Positions 15,989-26,124 of a DNA stretch of 35,263 bases are shown here, in pieces. The notes under the pieces were generated by a model, which was given only the letters and a program-made list of their open reading frames with translations, was not told the DNA's origin and ran no database searches. The stretch's first letter is position 1. Each line of letters begins with the position of its first letter. The DNA comes from Candidatus Woesearchaeota archaeon (GTDB taxonomy: Archaea > Nanobdellota > Nanobdellia > Pacearchaeales > GW2011-AR1). Both the position numbers and the translations under genes were made by a program. The stretch covers positions 1 to 35,263 of the forward strand of contig CAYYKU010000003.1 of NCBI GenBank assembly GCA_964440825.1. Direction: 5' to 3'.

Positions 15989-18247
15989 ATGGAGAAAAAA
16001 ATAGCAGCAAAGAAAACAAAGAAGTTTTATGTAACAACACCAATTTATTATCCTAATGATATTCCCCATATAGGTCATGCATATACAACTGTTGCGGCGG
16101 ATATTCTAGCAAGATGGCATAAATTATTGGGTGAAGACGTGTTCTTCTTAACAGGAACGGATGAACATGGTAAAAAGTTAGAAAAAACAGCACTTGCAAA
16201 AGGCAAGAAGCCGAAAGAATTTATAGACGCATTAATTCCCGAGTTCAAATCTGCATGGAAGAAGCTAAATGTAGAATATGATTATTTTATACGAACAACA
16301 GACAAAGCACACGAAAAAGTTATACAAGAAGTTTTGCAAAAATGTTTTGATAATAGAGATATTTATCTTGGAAGTTACAAAGGACTTTATTGTGTTGGTT
16401 GTGAAGCATATTATACTGAAAAAGATTTAGAAGAGGGTTGCTGTCCTATACACAAAAAGCCAGTAGAAAATCTAAACGAAGCAAGTTATTTTTTTAAGTT
16501 ATCTAAATACAAAGATAAATTACTAAAACTCTATAAAGACAATCCAAATTTTATATTGCCAAAAGAAAGAGCAAATCAGATAATCAACTCAGTAAAAGAA
16601 GGGCTTCAAGATTTAAGTATCTCTAGAACAAGTTTTGATTGGGGAATACCTTTACCTTTTGATAAAAAACATGTTTGCTTCGTCTGGTTTGATGCATTAT
16701 TCAATTATTACTCCGCAACAAGAGAAAAGGGCAAAAGTAAATATTGGCCAGCAGAAGTTCATCTAGTAGGAAAGGACATAGTCTGGTTTCATACGGTTTA
16801 CTGGCCAGCTTTCTTAATGTCTGTAGGGCTAGATTTGCCAAAGAGTGTTTTTGCTCATGGATGGTGGACATTTGATAAAGAGAAAATATCAAAATCAGTT
16901 GGGAAAGTTATAAACGTAGATGAACTAATCTCAATTGCGGGAGTAGATTCCGCTAGGTATTTTTTATTTAGAAATACTGCTTTCGGACAAGACGGAGATT
17001 TTTCTGAAAAGGCACTAATTGAAAGACATAATACTGAATTGGCAAACAAATTGGGAAATTTGGTCTCAAGAGTTTCTGCTTTAGTGGAAAAATATGGTTT
17101 AACTAAAACAGAAAATAAACTTTTGAATAAATTAAATCTTAAGAAAATAGAAACTCATTTTGAAAACTATGAAATTGATAAAGCATTGAATGAAATCTTC
17201 TCTTTCATAGACAAAACAAACGAATACGTTCAAGAAACTGAACCTTGGAAAACAGGAGATAAAAAGGCCCTTTATGAATTAGCAGATTCAATAAAAGCAA
17301 TTACGATTTTACTCTCTCCCTTTATGCCTGGAACCTGCGAAAAGATTTCAAAAGTTTTTAATTTTAAGATAGACTATAAAGAAATTTCTAAACCTCTTAA
17401 AGTTTCAAAGATTAAGAAAGCAGATATCCTCTTTACAAAAATAGAAGTAGAAGAAAAACCTATAGAACAAAACAAATCTTCAGTAAATAATTATAAAAGT
17501 TATTTGATGGGTGCTGAAAGAATTTTAGATAAAGAATTAGAAAAATTAGATATTAAAATAAAAAAGAAGGGCGAAGATAGGCTTCTCTTAATTCCAGATA
17601 ATAAACTTAAAGAATACCTATCATTAGTTGAAAACAAATTAGATAATGGATTTTGGAACGAAGTGGTTGGAGAAAGGATATTATTTGTTTTTAAGCTAAA
17701 AAATGGCAAAGTTAAAAGAATAGAATTCGGTAAATCTAGTCAAAGTGAAATCACAAAGCTTTGCTCAGAATTTGCAAATGAAAAACCAGAGAATACAGCA
17801 GATATATTAGGGTATTTATCAAAGAATCCTTTTTATTCAGATTATATTTTGAATTATAAAAACAATCAAAAAGTTATTAAACAAGAAATATCTGGAATAA
17901 TTACAATGGCAGACATGATTAAATACGATGATTTCGCAAAATTAGATTTAAGAGTTGGAACTATAAAAAACGTTGAAGATTTAGAGGGTGCAGACAAACT
18001 TTGGAAGTTAACGGTTGATTTAGGAACAGAAATTGGTCAAAGAACAATTTTGGCAGGAATAAAGAAATACTACTCTAAAGAAGAACTTACAGAAAAACAA
18101 ATTATTGTTATTGTAAACTTAGAACCGAGAAAAATGAAAGGCTCTGAATCTCAAGGAATGTTATTGGCAGCAGGAACTGCAGGATCCGATACTTGTATCT
18201 TAGTTTCTCCAGAGAAGAAAGTTGAAAATGGAACTAAGATAGGATAA
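15989..18247 (+). CDS. metG: methionine--tRNA ligase with an extra inserted domain and C-terminal tRNA-binding OB domain
   Basis: YVTTPIYY, HIGH, GTDEHG, CVGC...CPIH knuckle, VWFDAL, KISKS; C-terminal DLRVG...NLEPRKMKGSESQGMLL. Confidence 0.97.
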   Translation: MEKKIAAKKTKKFYVTTPIYYPNDIPHIGHAYTTVAADILARWHKLLGEDVFFLTGTDEHGKKLEKTALAKGKKPKEFIDALIPEFKSAWKKLNVEYDYFIRTTDKAHEKVIQEVLQKCFDNRDIYLGSYKGLYCVGCEAYYTEKDLEEGCCPIHKKPVENLNEASYFFKLSKYKDKLLKLYKDNPNFILPKERANQIINSVKEGLQDLSISRTSFDWGIPLPFDKKHVCFVWFDALFNYYSATREKGKSKYWPAEVHLVGKDIVWFHTVYWPAFLMSVGLDLPKSVFAHGWWTFDKEKISKSVGKVINVDELISIAGVDSARYFLFRNTAFGQDGDFSEKALIERHNTELANKLGNLVSRVSALVEKYGLTKTENKLLNKLNLKKIETHFENYEIDKALNEIFSFIDKTNEYVQETEPWKTGDKKALYELADSIKAITILLSPFMPGTCEKISKVFNFKIDYKEISKPLKVSKIKKADILFTKIEVEEKPIEQNKSSVNNYKSYLMGAERILDKELEKLDIKIKKKGEDRLLLIPDNKLKEYLSLVENKLDNGFWNEVVGERILFVFKLKNGKVKRIEFGKSSQSEITKLCSEFANEKPENTADILGYLSKNPFYSDYILNYKNNQKVIKQEISGIITMADMIKYDDFAKLDLRVGTIKNVEDLEGADKLWKLTVDLGTEIGQRTILAGIKKYYSKEELTEKQIIVIVNLEPRKMKGSESQGMLLAAGTAGSDTCILVSPEKKVENGTKIG

Positions 18248-18295
18248 TTTTTTTGTATCCACAACCTTTAAATATCTCAATCATTTTAATACAAT

Positions 18296-20569
18296 ATGGA
18301 AAAGAGGTATATTGCGTGGTTATCGGAGATTTCTAAAACAGACGTTCCAATTGCCGGCGGTAAAGGTGCAAATTTAGGTGAAATGTATAATTCTGGTTTC
18401 CCCGTTCCTCCTGCTTTTATTGTAACAACAACTGCACATCATTATTTCATGGAAGCTACGGGTCTAAAAGAAAAAATTAATCACTTGCTTTCCAAAATGA
18501 ATATTGAAGATACAAAAGTTCTAACTGAAAAAGCTAAAGAAGTTAGAGAACTAATTATTGAAACAAAAATGCCTGAAGACTTACGGCAAGAAATAGTTGA
18601 AGCTTATGATAACTTTAATGTAGACTTAAATGAAATGAAAGCAGCACCTGATGCGTTAGCAATTATGAAAACAGCGAGAGATTCTATTTTTGTCGCAGTT
18701 CGTTCATCTGCAACAGCTGAAGATCTAGCAGAGGCTTCATTTGCAGGACAACAAGATAGTTTCATTAACGTAAAAGGAAATGATGAATTAATTCAAAAAG
18801 TTAAAGCAGTTTTTGCATCCGCATTTACAGCAAGAGCAATTTATTATCGATTGAAAAAAGGTTTCGATGCTTACGTTGGGATTGCTGCAGTGGTTCAAAG
18901 AATGATTAACTCTGATAAATCTGGAGTTATGTTTTCTAGAGATCCAGTAAAGCAAGAGCATATTTTAATTGAAGCTGTTTTTGGCCAGGGAGAAGGTATT
19001 GTTTCAGGCAGAATCAAACCAGACAGTTATGTGGTTTCAAATGATTTTGATATTATTAGTGAATCCGTTTCTGAAAAGAAAATGGCAATAGTTAGAGATT
19101 CTTCAGGTATAACTAAATCTGTAATATTAAGTCCTGAAAAAGCTAAGCAAAAAGTTTTGAAAACATTTGAAGTTAAACAATTAGCAGAATTCGCTGTAAA
19201 GTTAGAGAAACATTATGGGCATCCGCAAGATATTGAATTCGCAATGGAAGATGGTGCAATCTTTATCGTACAAACAAGAGCTGTTACAACCTTAGTTGAT
19301 AAACGTGGAGATGCAGAGTTATCTGGAAAGATTTTAGTTTCTGGCTTAGGTGCAAGTCCAGGTATTGGATCTGGTCCTGTAAGAATTATTAGATTAATGG
19401 AAGATTTAGATAAAATAAAAGAGGGTGACGTTTTAGTAACACAAATGACTAACCCGGATATGGTGGTTTCTATGCAAAAGGCTTCTGCAATTGTAACTGA
19501 TGAGGGTGGAGTGACTGCTCATGCTGCAATAGTTTCTAGAGAAATGGGTATTCCTGCTGTTGTTGGAACTGATAATGCTACTTCTGTTTTAGAAGATGGT
19601 CAAGAAGTAACTGTTGACGGTACAAATGGTAAAGTTTACTTAGGTAAAGCAGAAAATAAGAAAGTTGAAGTTCTTCCCGTAGTCGAAACAAAAACAAAAA
19701 TTAAAGTTTTGGTTGACTTACCAGAATTTGCAGAACGTGCAGCAAAAACAAAGGCATATGGTGTTGGTTTAGTAAGAATGGAAGGAATTATTGCTACAAA
19801 TGGAAAGCATCCACTTTACTATGAAGATAATGAAAAAATTGATGAATATCAAGAAGTTTTGAAAAAAGGATTTGAAAAAATAGCTGAGAATTTTATTGGA
19901 AAAGAAATTTGGGTAAGGACATCTGATATACGTTCTGATGAATATTCTAATTTAGAAGGAGCACCTAAAGAAATAGAAAGAAATCCAATGCTCGGTTTGC
20001 ACGGAATAAGATTCTCATTAAAACATCCTAAGATTTTCAAGGCTGAATTACTCGCAATGAAAGAATTAGCAGATAAAGGGCATAAGTTCGGAGTAATGTT
20101 CCCGCAGATTATTTCCCTAGAAGAAGTTAAAGCTGCTAAAAAGATTTTAGAAGAATTGGAAATGATTGGCAATCCAAATATTAAATGGGGATTAATGATT
20201 GAAACTCCTGCAGCTGTAATTTTAATCAAAGACTTCTGTCAACAAGGCATAAATTTCATTTCCTTTGGAACAAATGATTTAACTCAATATACTTTAGCAA
20301 TTGACAGGGGAAATGATGAGGTTCAATATCTATATAATGAAACTGGTTGGGCAGTATTAAAACAACTTTCAAAAGTTATAAGAGAATGTAAGCAATTTAA
20401 GGTAGAAACATCTATTTGCGGACAAGCTGCATCTAAAAAGGAAATGGTCGAGTTTTTAGTTGGGCAAGGAATTGATTCTTTATCCGTAAATGCTGATGCT
20501 GCTAAGGAAGTTTCTGAATGGGTAAAAGCCTTAGAAGATAATCCACCACAAAAGAAAGTTGAGATGTAA
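18296..20569 (+). CDS. ppsA: phosphoenolpyruvate synthase (pyruvate, water dikinase)
   Basis: GGKGANLGE, AVRSSATAED..EASFAGQ, TDEGGVTAHAAIVSRE, ERNPMLG, SFGTNDLTQ. Confidence 0.96.
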   Translation: MEKRYIAWLSEISKTDVPIAGGKGANLGEMYNSGFPVPPAFIVTTTAHHYFMEATGLKEKINHLLSKMNIEDTKVLTEKAKEVRELIIETKMPEDLRQEIVEAYDNFNVDLNEMKAAPDALAIMKTARDSIFVAVRSSATAEDLAEASFAGQQDSFINVKGNDELIQKVKAVFASAFTARAIYYRLKKGFDAYVGIAAVVQRMINSDKSGVMFSRDPVKQEHILIEAVFGQGEGIVSGRIKPDSYVVSNDFDIISESVSEKKMAIVRDSSGITKSVILSPEKAKQKVLKTFEVKQLAEFAVKLEKHYGHPQDIEFAMEDGAIFIVQTRAVTTLVDKRGDAELSGKILVSGLGASPGIGSGPVRIIRLMEDLDKIKEGDVLVTQMTNPDMVVSMQKASAIVTDEGGVTAHAAIVSREMGIPAVVGTDNATSVLEDGQEVTVDGTNGKVYLGKAENKKVEVLPVVETKTKIKVLVDLPEFAERAAKTKAYGVGLVRMEGIIATNGKHPLYYEDNEKIDEYQEVLKKGFEKIAENFIGKEIWVRTSDIRSDEYSNLEGAPKEIERNPMLGLHGIRFSLKHPKIFKAELLAMKELADKGHKFGVMFPQIISLEEVKAAKKILEELEMIGNPNIKWGLMIETPAAVILIKDFCQQGINFISFGTNDLTQYTLAIDRGNDEVQYLYNETGWAVLKQLSKVIRECKQFKVETSICGQAASKKEMVEFLVGQGIDSLSVNADAAKEVSEWVKALEDNPPQKKVEM

Positions 20570-20608
20570 ATAATTAATTTATTTGTTAGTTGTACTTGAG
20601 TCAATAAT

Positions 20609-21724
20609 TTACACTAATATTAAAATTTCTCTTCCAACAAATTGTTTTTCTCTAGATTCCTTTATCGGCATTGGGACTTTCTCATCTAGCTCGTAAACTT
20701 TCAATCCGGTTGCGGTAGTAATTCTATAAACACTAACGCAATATTTTCTAATAAATGGCATTGTCAAAACAATTTTTGCATTTGGAGTTTTCAATTCTTT
20801 CATTCTTTTTAAAATTGGAATAATCAATTTTTCAAATTCAGCGATATATTCTGGAGCATCTCGTTCTTTCATTTTTTTCCTAACAAGTTCTCCTAAAGCA
20901 GGTTCCGTTGCAACGCCATTAATTCTAGCAGTAGGGAATCTCACAGAATCTCCAATATTCAATCTAGCTCTTCCCTTTACATCATATTTAGACTTTAACC
21001 ACTCAATATTTTGTTTAGCTCCTGTAATTGCATATCTGTCTTTATCTCCTCCGATGCAATTTATCCCTCTCAAGATAGCTTCCTGAACAATTACTCCAAT
21101 TCCACAGAACGGATCTGCAAGCAATTCACCTTCTCTAACTTGAGACAAATTAATCAAAATTTTGGCAAGTCTTGGCGAAATAGCAAGTGCCTCTCTCCTG
21201 ACTGGTTTATGCATATCTCTTTCTTTGACTTCTTTATAAGAATAGTTCTGTTCTACTAAACCAAAATAAATTGTTTTTTGATTATTATAATAGAAAAATT
21301 CTACATCTGCATGAGTAAACTCAAAATCATCACCTTCTTGCATTTTTATTCTACCTTGGCTATGTCTAACTTGCGCCTTAAGTTTCTCTTCTTTGAACTT
21401 CTTTTGAAGCATATCTTCAATCTCTGAAACGGTTTCCTCTTCGCCATTTCCAATTACAGTATAATTAAACTTTCTTTCTGGAGCAAAATAATTATCGATG
21501 TATGTTTTCAAATCCTTGTTAGTTTTTATTGGATTTGCTTTTGCAATTTTCAAAACTCCTCCAAAGTCTTGTACATTAAATTTAATAGCATCCGCAACCG
21601 AAACTATCAAATAATTATTATCAAAAGAAACAATTTCATAAGCAATTCCGTGGCTTTTCAAGTAAGAGATAACTTCCGCATAGGATAATGTCGGGTTTCT
21701 GCCAAGTAGAAAAAAGTATTCCAT
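20609..21724 (-). CDS. Trm11/UPF0020-like SAM-dependent RNA methyltransferase
   Basis: ISPRLAKILINL, DPFCGIG, ATEPALG in place of TDPPYG. ATG at 21724. Confidence 0.8.
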   Translation of the reverse strand: MEYFFLLGRNPTLSYAEVISYLKSHGIAYEIVSFDNNYLIVSVADAIKFNVQDFGGVLKIAKANPIKTNKDLKTYIDNYFAPERKFNYTVIGNGEEETVSEIEDMLQKKFKEEKLKAQVRHSQGRIKMQEGDDFEFTHADVEFFYYNNQKTIYFGLVEQNYSYKEVKERDMHKPVRREALAISPRLAKILINLSQVREGELLADPFCGIGVIVQEAILRGINCIGGDKDRYAITGAKQNIEWLKSKYDVKGRARLNIGDSVRFPTARINGVATEPALGELVRKKMKERDAPEYIAEFEKLIIPILKRMKELKTPNAKIVLTMPFIRKYCVSVYRITTATGLKVYELDEKVPMPIKESREKQFVGREILILV

Positions 21725-21795
21725 CTCCAAATTAACAATTTAGCCATTATAAGCTTTTTGAATAGTTTTTTAAATCATCCTTTCGTGAAATTAGT

Positions 21796-21951
21796 ATGAT
21801 AAAGAAAAGATTATGTCCGGATTGTAAGAAAGAGTTCGACTTTGACACATTAGCACACTTTAAGAAAAAATACTGCCCTACATGTTCTAAGGAAAGAAAA
21901 AAGGCCTACGAAAGCATTCACGAAATTTCTATAGAAGATTGCGACGATTAA
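21796..21951 (+). CDS. small zinc-finger protein (51 aa), not in ORF track
   Basis: Manual translation MIKKRLCPDCKKEFDFDTLAHFKKKYCPTCSKERKKAYESIHEISIEDCDD. TTTAAAT about 27 nt upstream. Confidence 0.75.
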   Translation: MIKKRLCPDCKKEFDFDTLAHFKKKYCPTCSKERKKAYESIHEISIEDCDD

Positions 21952-21955
21952 AATC

Positions 21956-22969
21956 CTATTCTTCAACATGAAAACCTAGCATCTTTGCATGTTGGGCCAT
22001 TGTTATTGAATAGTTTGTTTTCTCTCTGCTTATTTGGTCGACAATATTGTGATATTCTCCTTTTCTTATCATATTTCTTACAGCATTAGATTTACCCACA
22101 TTTGCCACTTCCATAATCAAAGTTCTTTTCTCTCCCAGTTCATAAGGAATAAGTCTTTGGCAAAGAACGTATTTTAGAGAATCAGCAAGCTGTTTTTTAG
22201 CAGAGTCTTGTTCTTCTGATGGAAATCTAGATGCATACTCCCAAATAGCTTGTCCGCTATCCCCACTATGTAATGTAGTAAAAACTAAATGGCCTGAATT
22301 TGCAGCCTGCAAAGCAATTTTCGCAGTTTCATTATTCTTTATTTCTCCAATTAATAGCACATTTGGATCTTCCCTTAAAGCGGCCTCTAATCCCTTTTCA
22401 AATGAAGTTACGTGTCTTCCTATTTCTCTTTGTGAAATCATACTTTGACCGCCAGAATAAAGATATTCAATTGGGTCTTCAATAGTAACGATATGTTCGC
22501 CACGCGTTTCATTTATTCTTTGAATTAGGGCAGCATTAGTTGTAGATTTTCCAGAGTTAGTTGCACCGCAAACCAATATAAGTCCTTTCTTCATATGTGT
22601 AATCTCCTCCCAAATTTCTTTATATGGAAAACCTATTTTTTCAACAGACATAATCTCACTAGGAATTACTCTTATTGCAAGGCTTACTCCGTTTTCATCT
22701 CTAAAAGTATTCACTCTAAATCTATACCCGCAATAACTATAGGAAGAGTCTACTTGTTTTTCTCTTGCAAACTCTTCAATTTTTTCAGGAATTAATAATT
22801 TTTTTACAATATCGTCAATTTCTAAAGCACTTATATGGTCTTCAGTAACCGATTCTAAAATTCCTTGTTTTCTAATAATTATAGGTATATCATTTTTAAT
22901 ATGTATATCTGAAGCTTTTCTTTTGATCGCTTCCTGAAGAATATCTTCTATGTTTACATCATCTGCCAT
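21956..22969 (-). CDS. PilT/PilU-family type IV pilus ATPase
   Basis: ASDIHI, RFRVNTF, GATNSGKST, TIEDPIE, ALREDPNVLLIGEI, GHLVFTTLH, AVRNMIR. Confidence 0.9.
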   Translation of the reverse strand: MADDVNIEDILQEAIKRKASDIHIKNDIPIIIRKQGILESVTEDHISALEIDDIVKKLLIPEKIEEFAREKQVDSSYSYCGYRFRVNTFRDENGVSLAIRVIPSEIMSVEKIGFPYKEIWEEITHMKKGLILVCGATNSGKSTTNAALIQRINETRGEHIVTIEDPIEYLYSGGQSMISQREIGRHVTSFEKGLEAALREDPNVLLIGEIKNNETAKIALQAANSGHLVFTTLHSGDSGQAIWEYASRFPSEEQDSAKKQLADSLKYVLCQRLIPYELGEKRTLIMEVANVGKSNAVRNMIRKGEYHNIVDQISREKTNYSITMAQHAKMLGFHVEE

Positions 22970-23124
22970 GTCTAATTCAACTTCTCTTAGATTATAAACT
23001 TGCTTGCAAAATACTACAACTGTTTGATAGATAAAATTCTTAGAATTTATTTTTCACTATTGAAAATATACCTCACATTGTTCCTATTGGCTACACATAT
23101 AATCTTTCTTTTATTAAATAAAAT

Positions 23125-23322
23125 ATGGTGAACGAAACACAATACAAACCGCAAGCATATCAGCAAGGAGCTGGAGTATTGAGAGTCTCAGGAAACGTGA
23201 GGGGGTCTTCTTCTGGCCTTGAAAAACACACGCCTAGAATTTCTTTATGGGATTCCATGAGTCCTGAAGATCAAGTAAGGGCAGCTCATTTAGTGAGTCA
23301 AAACGATGCTTATTATTGGTAA
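23125..23322 (+). CDS. small hypothetical protein (65 aa)
   Basis: ATG ORF in an otherwise empty intergenic gap, with a TATA-like CATATAA upstream. Confidence 0.5.
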   Translation: MVNETQYKPQAYQQGAGVLRVSGNVRGSSSGLEKHTPRISLWDSMSPEDQVRAAHLVSQNDAYYW

Positions 23323-23356
23323 AAGGGATCTTTAGTATCTTTGACTAAATTGCCTA

Positions 23357-24775
23357 TTAAATAATTTTTTTATTTTTCCACTTTCCATCTCTTATGTACA
23401 GCCAAGAAACTAATGCAGTTAAAACATTTGATATTGGATACGACCACCAAATTCCGTTTATTCCCCAAGTAGTAAATTTGGATAATCCAAATGCAAATCC
23501 GAATAAGAATATTAAAGATATAATTGATAACTCCATGGCTTTTCTAGTATGTCCAGAACCCATAAGCATACCATTTATAGCCATTTGAAATCCTATGAAT
23601 CCAAAGCTTAATGCCATTGCCCGCACATAATATGCACTTTCAGAAATTAATTCTATTTGGCCCGGAACAAATAAGGTTATGATATCTTTTGCGAATATAA
23701 AAAATACAGCTCCTAAGAGAGTTAGCGAAAGGAAGGAAATTATCATTCCACTATTAGAAATTTTTTCTACCCTATTTAATTTTCCAGCCCCTATGTTTTG
23801 TCCAACCATCGTAGATATTGCCATTGAGAAACCTACTGCAGGTACAATAACTAATGAAAGCACTCTAACTCCCAGACCATATGCTGCAATAGATATCGTT
23901 CCAAATCCAGCTACTAAAACGGTCAAGACTAACATATTTATAGAACGCATTGATTGTCCGATTGCAGAAGGCAGACCTAATAAAAACATTTTTTTGAAAA
24001 TATTCCACTTAGGAAATATATCTTTGACGTGCATTTTAATTACGTGGTTTCCTCTGAGTAAAATATAAATTCCAATTAAACATGAAATTGCTTGAGAAAT
24101 TATCGTTGTCCATGCTGCACCAGCAACACCAAATCCTGGAATAATCTTCCAGCCAAGTATAAAAATAGGATCCAAAATAAGATTTAAAATTACTGATCCA
24201 ATTACAATATACAGTGGAATTTTAACTTCTCCAACACCTCTCATTAAAGATTGAAAGCTAAAATAAACATAAGAGAAAACTAGGCCAATGAATGAAACTT
24301 GTAAATATCTAATTGCATCAAAATTAACTTCTTGAGTCGCACCCATTAAAGTTATAAGAAAGTTAGAAGAGAAATAGCCAACTATTCCTAAGATAATTGA
24401 GATAAAAAACATAATAGAAATTGTTTGTGAAGATACAAAATTAACTTTCTCTTTGTCTTCCCTTCCTTTATGCTGCGAAACCAAAATAGTTCCTGCCATT
24501 GCCAATCCACTTCCAAAAGAAGTAATCAAGAATAAAACTGGCCAGCTAAGCGAAATAGAAGCAACCGCATTTGCACCCAAACGACCAACCCAAAACATAT
24601 CTGTCAAGCTGTAAATCATCTGTAAGAGCATTGCAAAAATTATTGGTAATGAAAGGAACATCAAAACTTTTAGAATTGGGCCGTGTAAAAGACTATTTTT
24701 TTCAGCAATTTTTTCCCCAATCGGACCAGCGATTTTCGGAGGAACATGGCTGTCCGTTAACTTCTTTTTTTTCAT
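23357..24775 (-). CDS. MATE-family efflux transporter
   Basis: About 12 hydrophobic segments; DMFWVGRLG, NLILDPIFI, GVAGAAW, VGQNIGAG. Confidence 0.93.
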   Translation of the reverse strand: MKKKKLTDSHVPPKIAGPIGEKIAEKNSLLHGPILKVLMFLSLPIIFAMLLQMIYSLTDMFWVGRLGANAVASISLSWPVLFLITSFGSGLAMAGTILVSQHKGREDKEKVNFVSSQTISIMFFISIILGIVGYFSSNFLITLMGATQEVNFDAIRYLQVSFIGLVFSYVYFSFQSLMRGVGEVKIPLYIVIGSVILNLILDPIFILGWKIIPGFGVAGAAWTTIISQAISCLIGIYILLRGNHVIKMHVKDIFPKWNIFKKMFLLGLPSAIGQSMRSINMLVLTVLVAGFGTISIAAYGLGVRVLSLVIVPAVGFSMAISTMVGQNIGAGKLNRVEKISNSGMIISFLSLTLLGAVFFIFAKDIITLFVPGQIELISESAYYVRAMALSFGFIGFQMAINGMLMGSGHTRKAMELSIISLIFLFGFAFGLSKFTTWGINGIWWSYPISNVLTALVSWLYIRDGKWKNKKII

Positions 24776-24815
24776 AAACATCAAAGCTCGGAAGGGTTAA
24801 TAAAGGTTTAGAGAA

Positions 24816-25217
24816 TTATTTCTTCAAATAAATAAGTTCCATAATTAAAGTTACAATTCCTATAAAAAATCCAGTTATTAGGCCCATAAGTGTTTGATTG
24901 AGGGCATACCCTATTAGTGCACCAGAAGCAACAAAATCAACTACTATTCTTGAATAAACCCAGGGGCTTGTTTTCTTCGTCTTAAAATCTTGAATTACAT
25001 TTGTAACTGATCCGAATAAAACCATAATTCCAAGAAAACCTCCAAAAAATCTTCCAATAGTGTCCCTAATCCTGCTGTCTTTGAGAACTGTATCTGCTGA
25101 GACTCTTGCACTGTCTATACTTTCTTTCTTACCTTCTATAAGTGTTGGTTAGCTAGCCGTATAGTTCTTCTTGTTTTCATCTTCTATTTTGTCAATTAAT
25201 TCAGTAGTTGTTTCCAT
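24816..25217 (-). pseudogene. small membrane protein gene interrupted by one in-frame TAA
   Basis: ATG at 25217 is in frame with the ORF-track fragment. The only interruption is TAA at 25149-25151 (codon 23). Confidence 0.65.
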
Positions 25218-25253
25218 ATTTCATTCACTTTCTAAACATATTTAATTCAAGAC

Positions 25254-25273
25254 TGTCGTAATTGACGGCGACA
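25254..25273. promoter_or_regulatory. inverted repeat between divergent TATA boxes
   Basis: TGTCG-N10-CGACA, between TTAAATAT (minus strand) and TTTAAATA (plus strand). Confidence 0.45.
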
Positions 25274-25313
25274 AAAAAGATATATTTAAATATCATTTAT
25301 ATTTAGAATATTT

Positions 25314-26057
25314 ATGGAAGAAGAATTTCTAACGAGATTTGGAATGACGCCTATTGAAGCAAAAATTTACAAAACACTTCTGTCTTTAAAGGAATCCCAA
25401 ATTGGGCAAATAATAGAAAGAACTAATTTACACAGAGGCACAGTTTACAATTCTCTGCAAAAATTATGCGAAAAAGGATTTGTGAGTTTCATAAGGCGAG
25501 ATGGTGCTGGTTATTACCATTTAACCAATATTAATATATTTCATAAAAAAATTGAGATTGAAAGAAAAAAACTTAAGGACATGGATAAAAAAATACAAGA
25601 AATAAAACAGATATCACAGTTAAATGAACTTTTGGAAAAACCTGCGATGGAAGTTTTAACTGGTGACGATGGATTCAAGACATTTTTGAAAGATTTGTTT
25701 GATTATTGTTACCGAACAAAAAAGGAATATTTATTTATGGGTCGTGGAAACGAAATGATTGAGCATTTTGGAGAAGAGTATTATGGGCAGACCCAGGAAT
25801 TAAAGAAGAATTTAAAATTAAAATGCCGAGTTATGTTAAATGAGTCTGCAAAAAAAGAGCCTGTAGGAAAGATTGCTGTGGGTGATGTAAAATATGTTGC
25901 ATGGAAAAATCCGAGCCAAACTTCTACTTGGATTTATGGAAATAAAGTAATTATTGTTATGTGGAAAGCAAATCCTATAAAAGTTTTAATTATAACCAGT
26001 AAAGAAGTAAAAGACAGCTACACTAGTTTTTTTGAAGAAATGTGGTCTCATTGTTAA
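25314..26057 (+). CDS. TrmB-family transcriptional regulator
   Basis: FGMTPIEAKIYKTLL...HRGTVYNSLQKLCEKGFV; IYGNKVII...FFEEMW. Confidence 0.88.
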   Translation: MEEEFLTRFGMTPIEAKIYKTLLSLKESQIGQIIERTNLHRGTVYNSLQKLCEKGFVSFIRRDGAGYYHLTNINIFHKKIEIERKKLKDMDKKIQEIKQISQLNELLEKPAMEVLTGDDGFKTFLKDLFDYCYRTKKEYLFMGRGNEMIEHFGEEYYGQTQELKKNLKLKCRVMLNESAKKEPVGKIAVGDVKYVAWKNPSQTSTWIYGNKVIIVMWKANPIKVLIITSKEVKDSYTSFFEEMWSHC

Positions 26058-26124
26058 AAGTTGATCTTTGAAGCAAGGCTGGTTAAATAAAAAAAGATAT
26101 AAACTCATTCTAATATTTGATTGT

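Noticed and set aside
17486-17857. Intein as an explanation for the MetRS insertion
   Set aside because: No C/S...HN-C/S/T splice junctions, and the site is a linker rather than a conserved motif.
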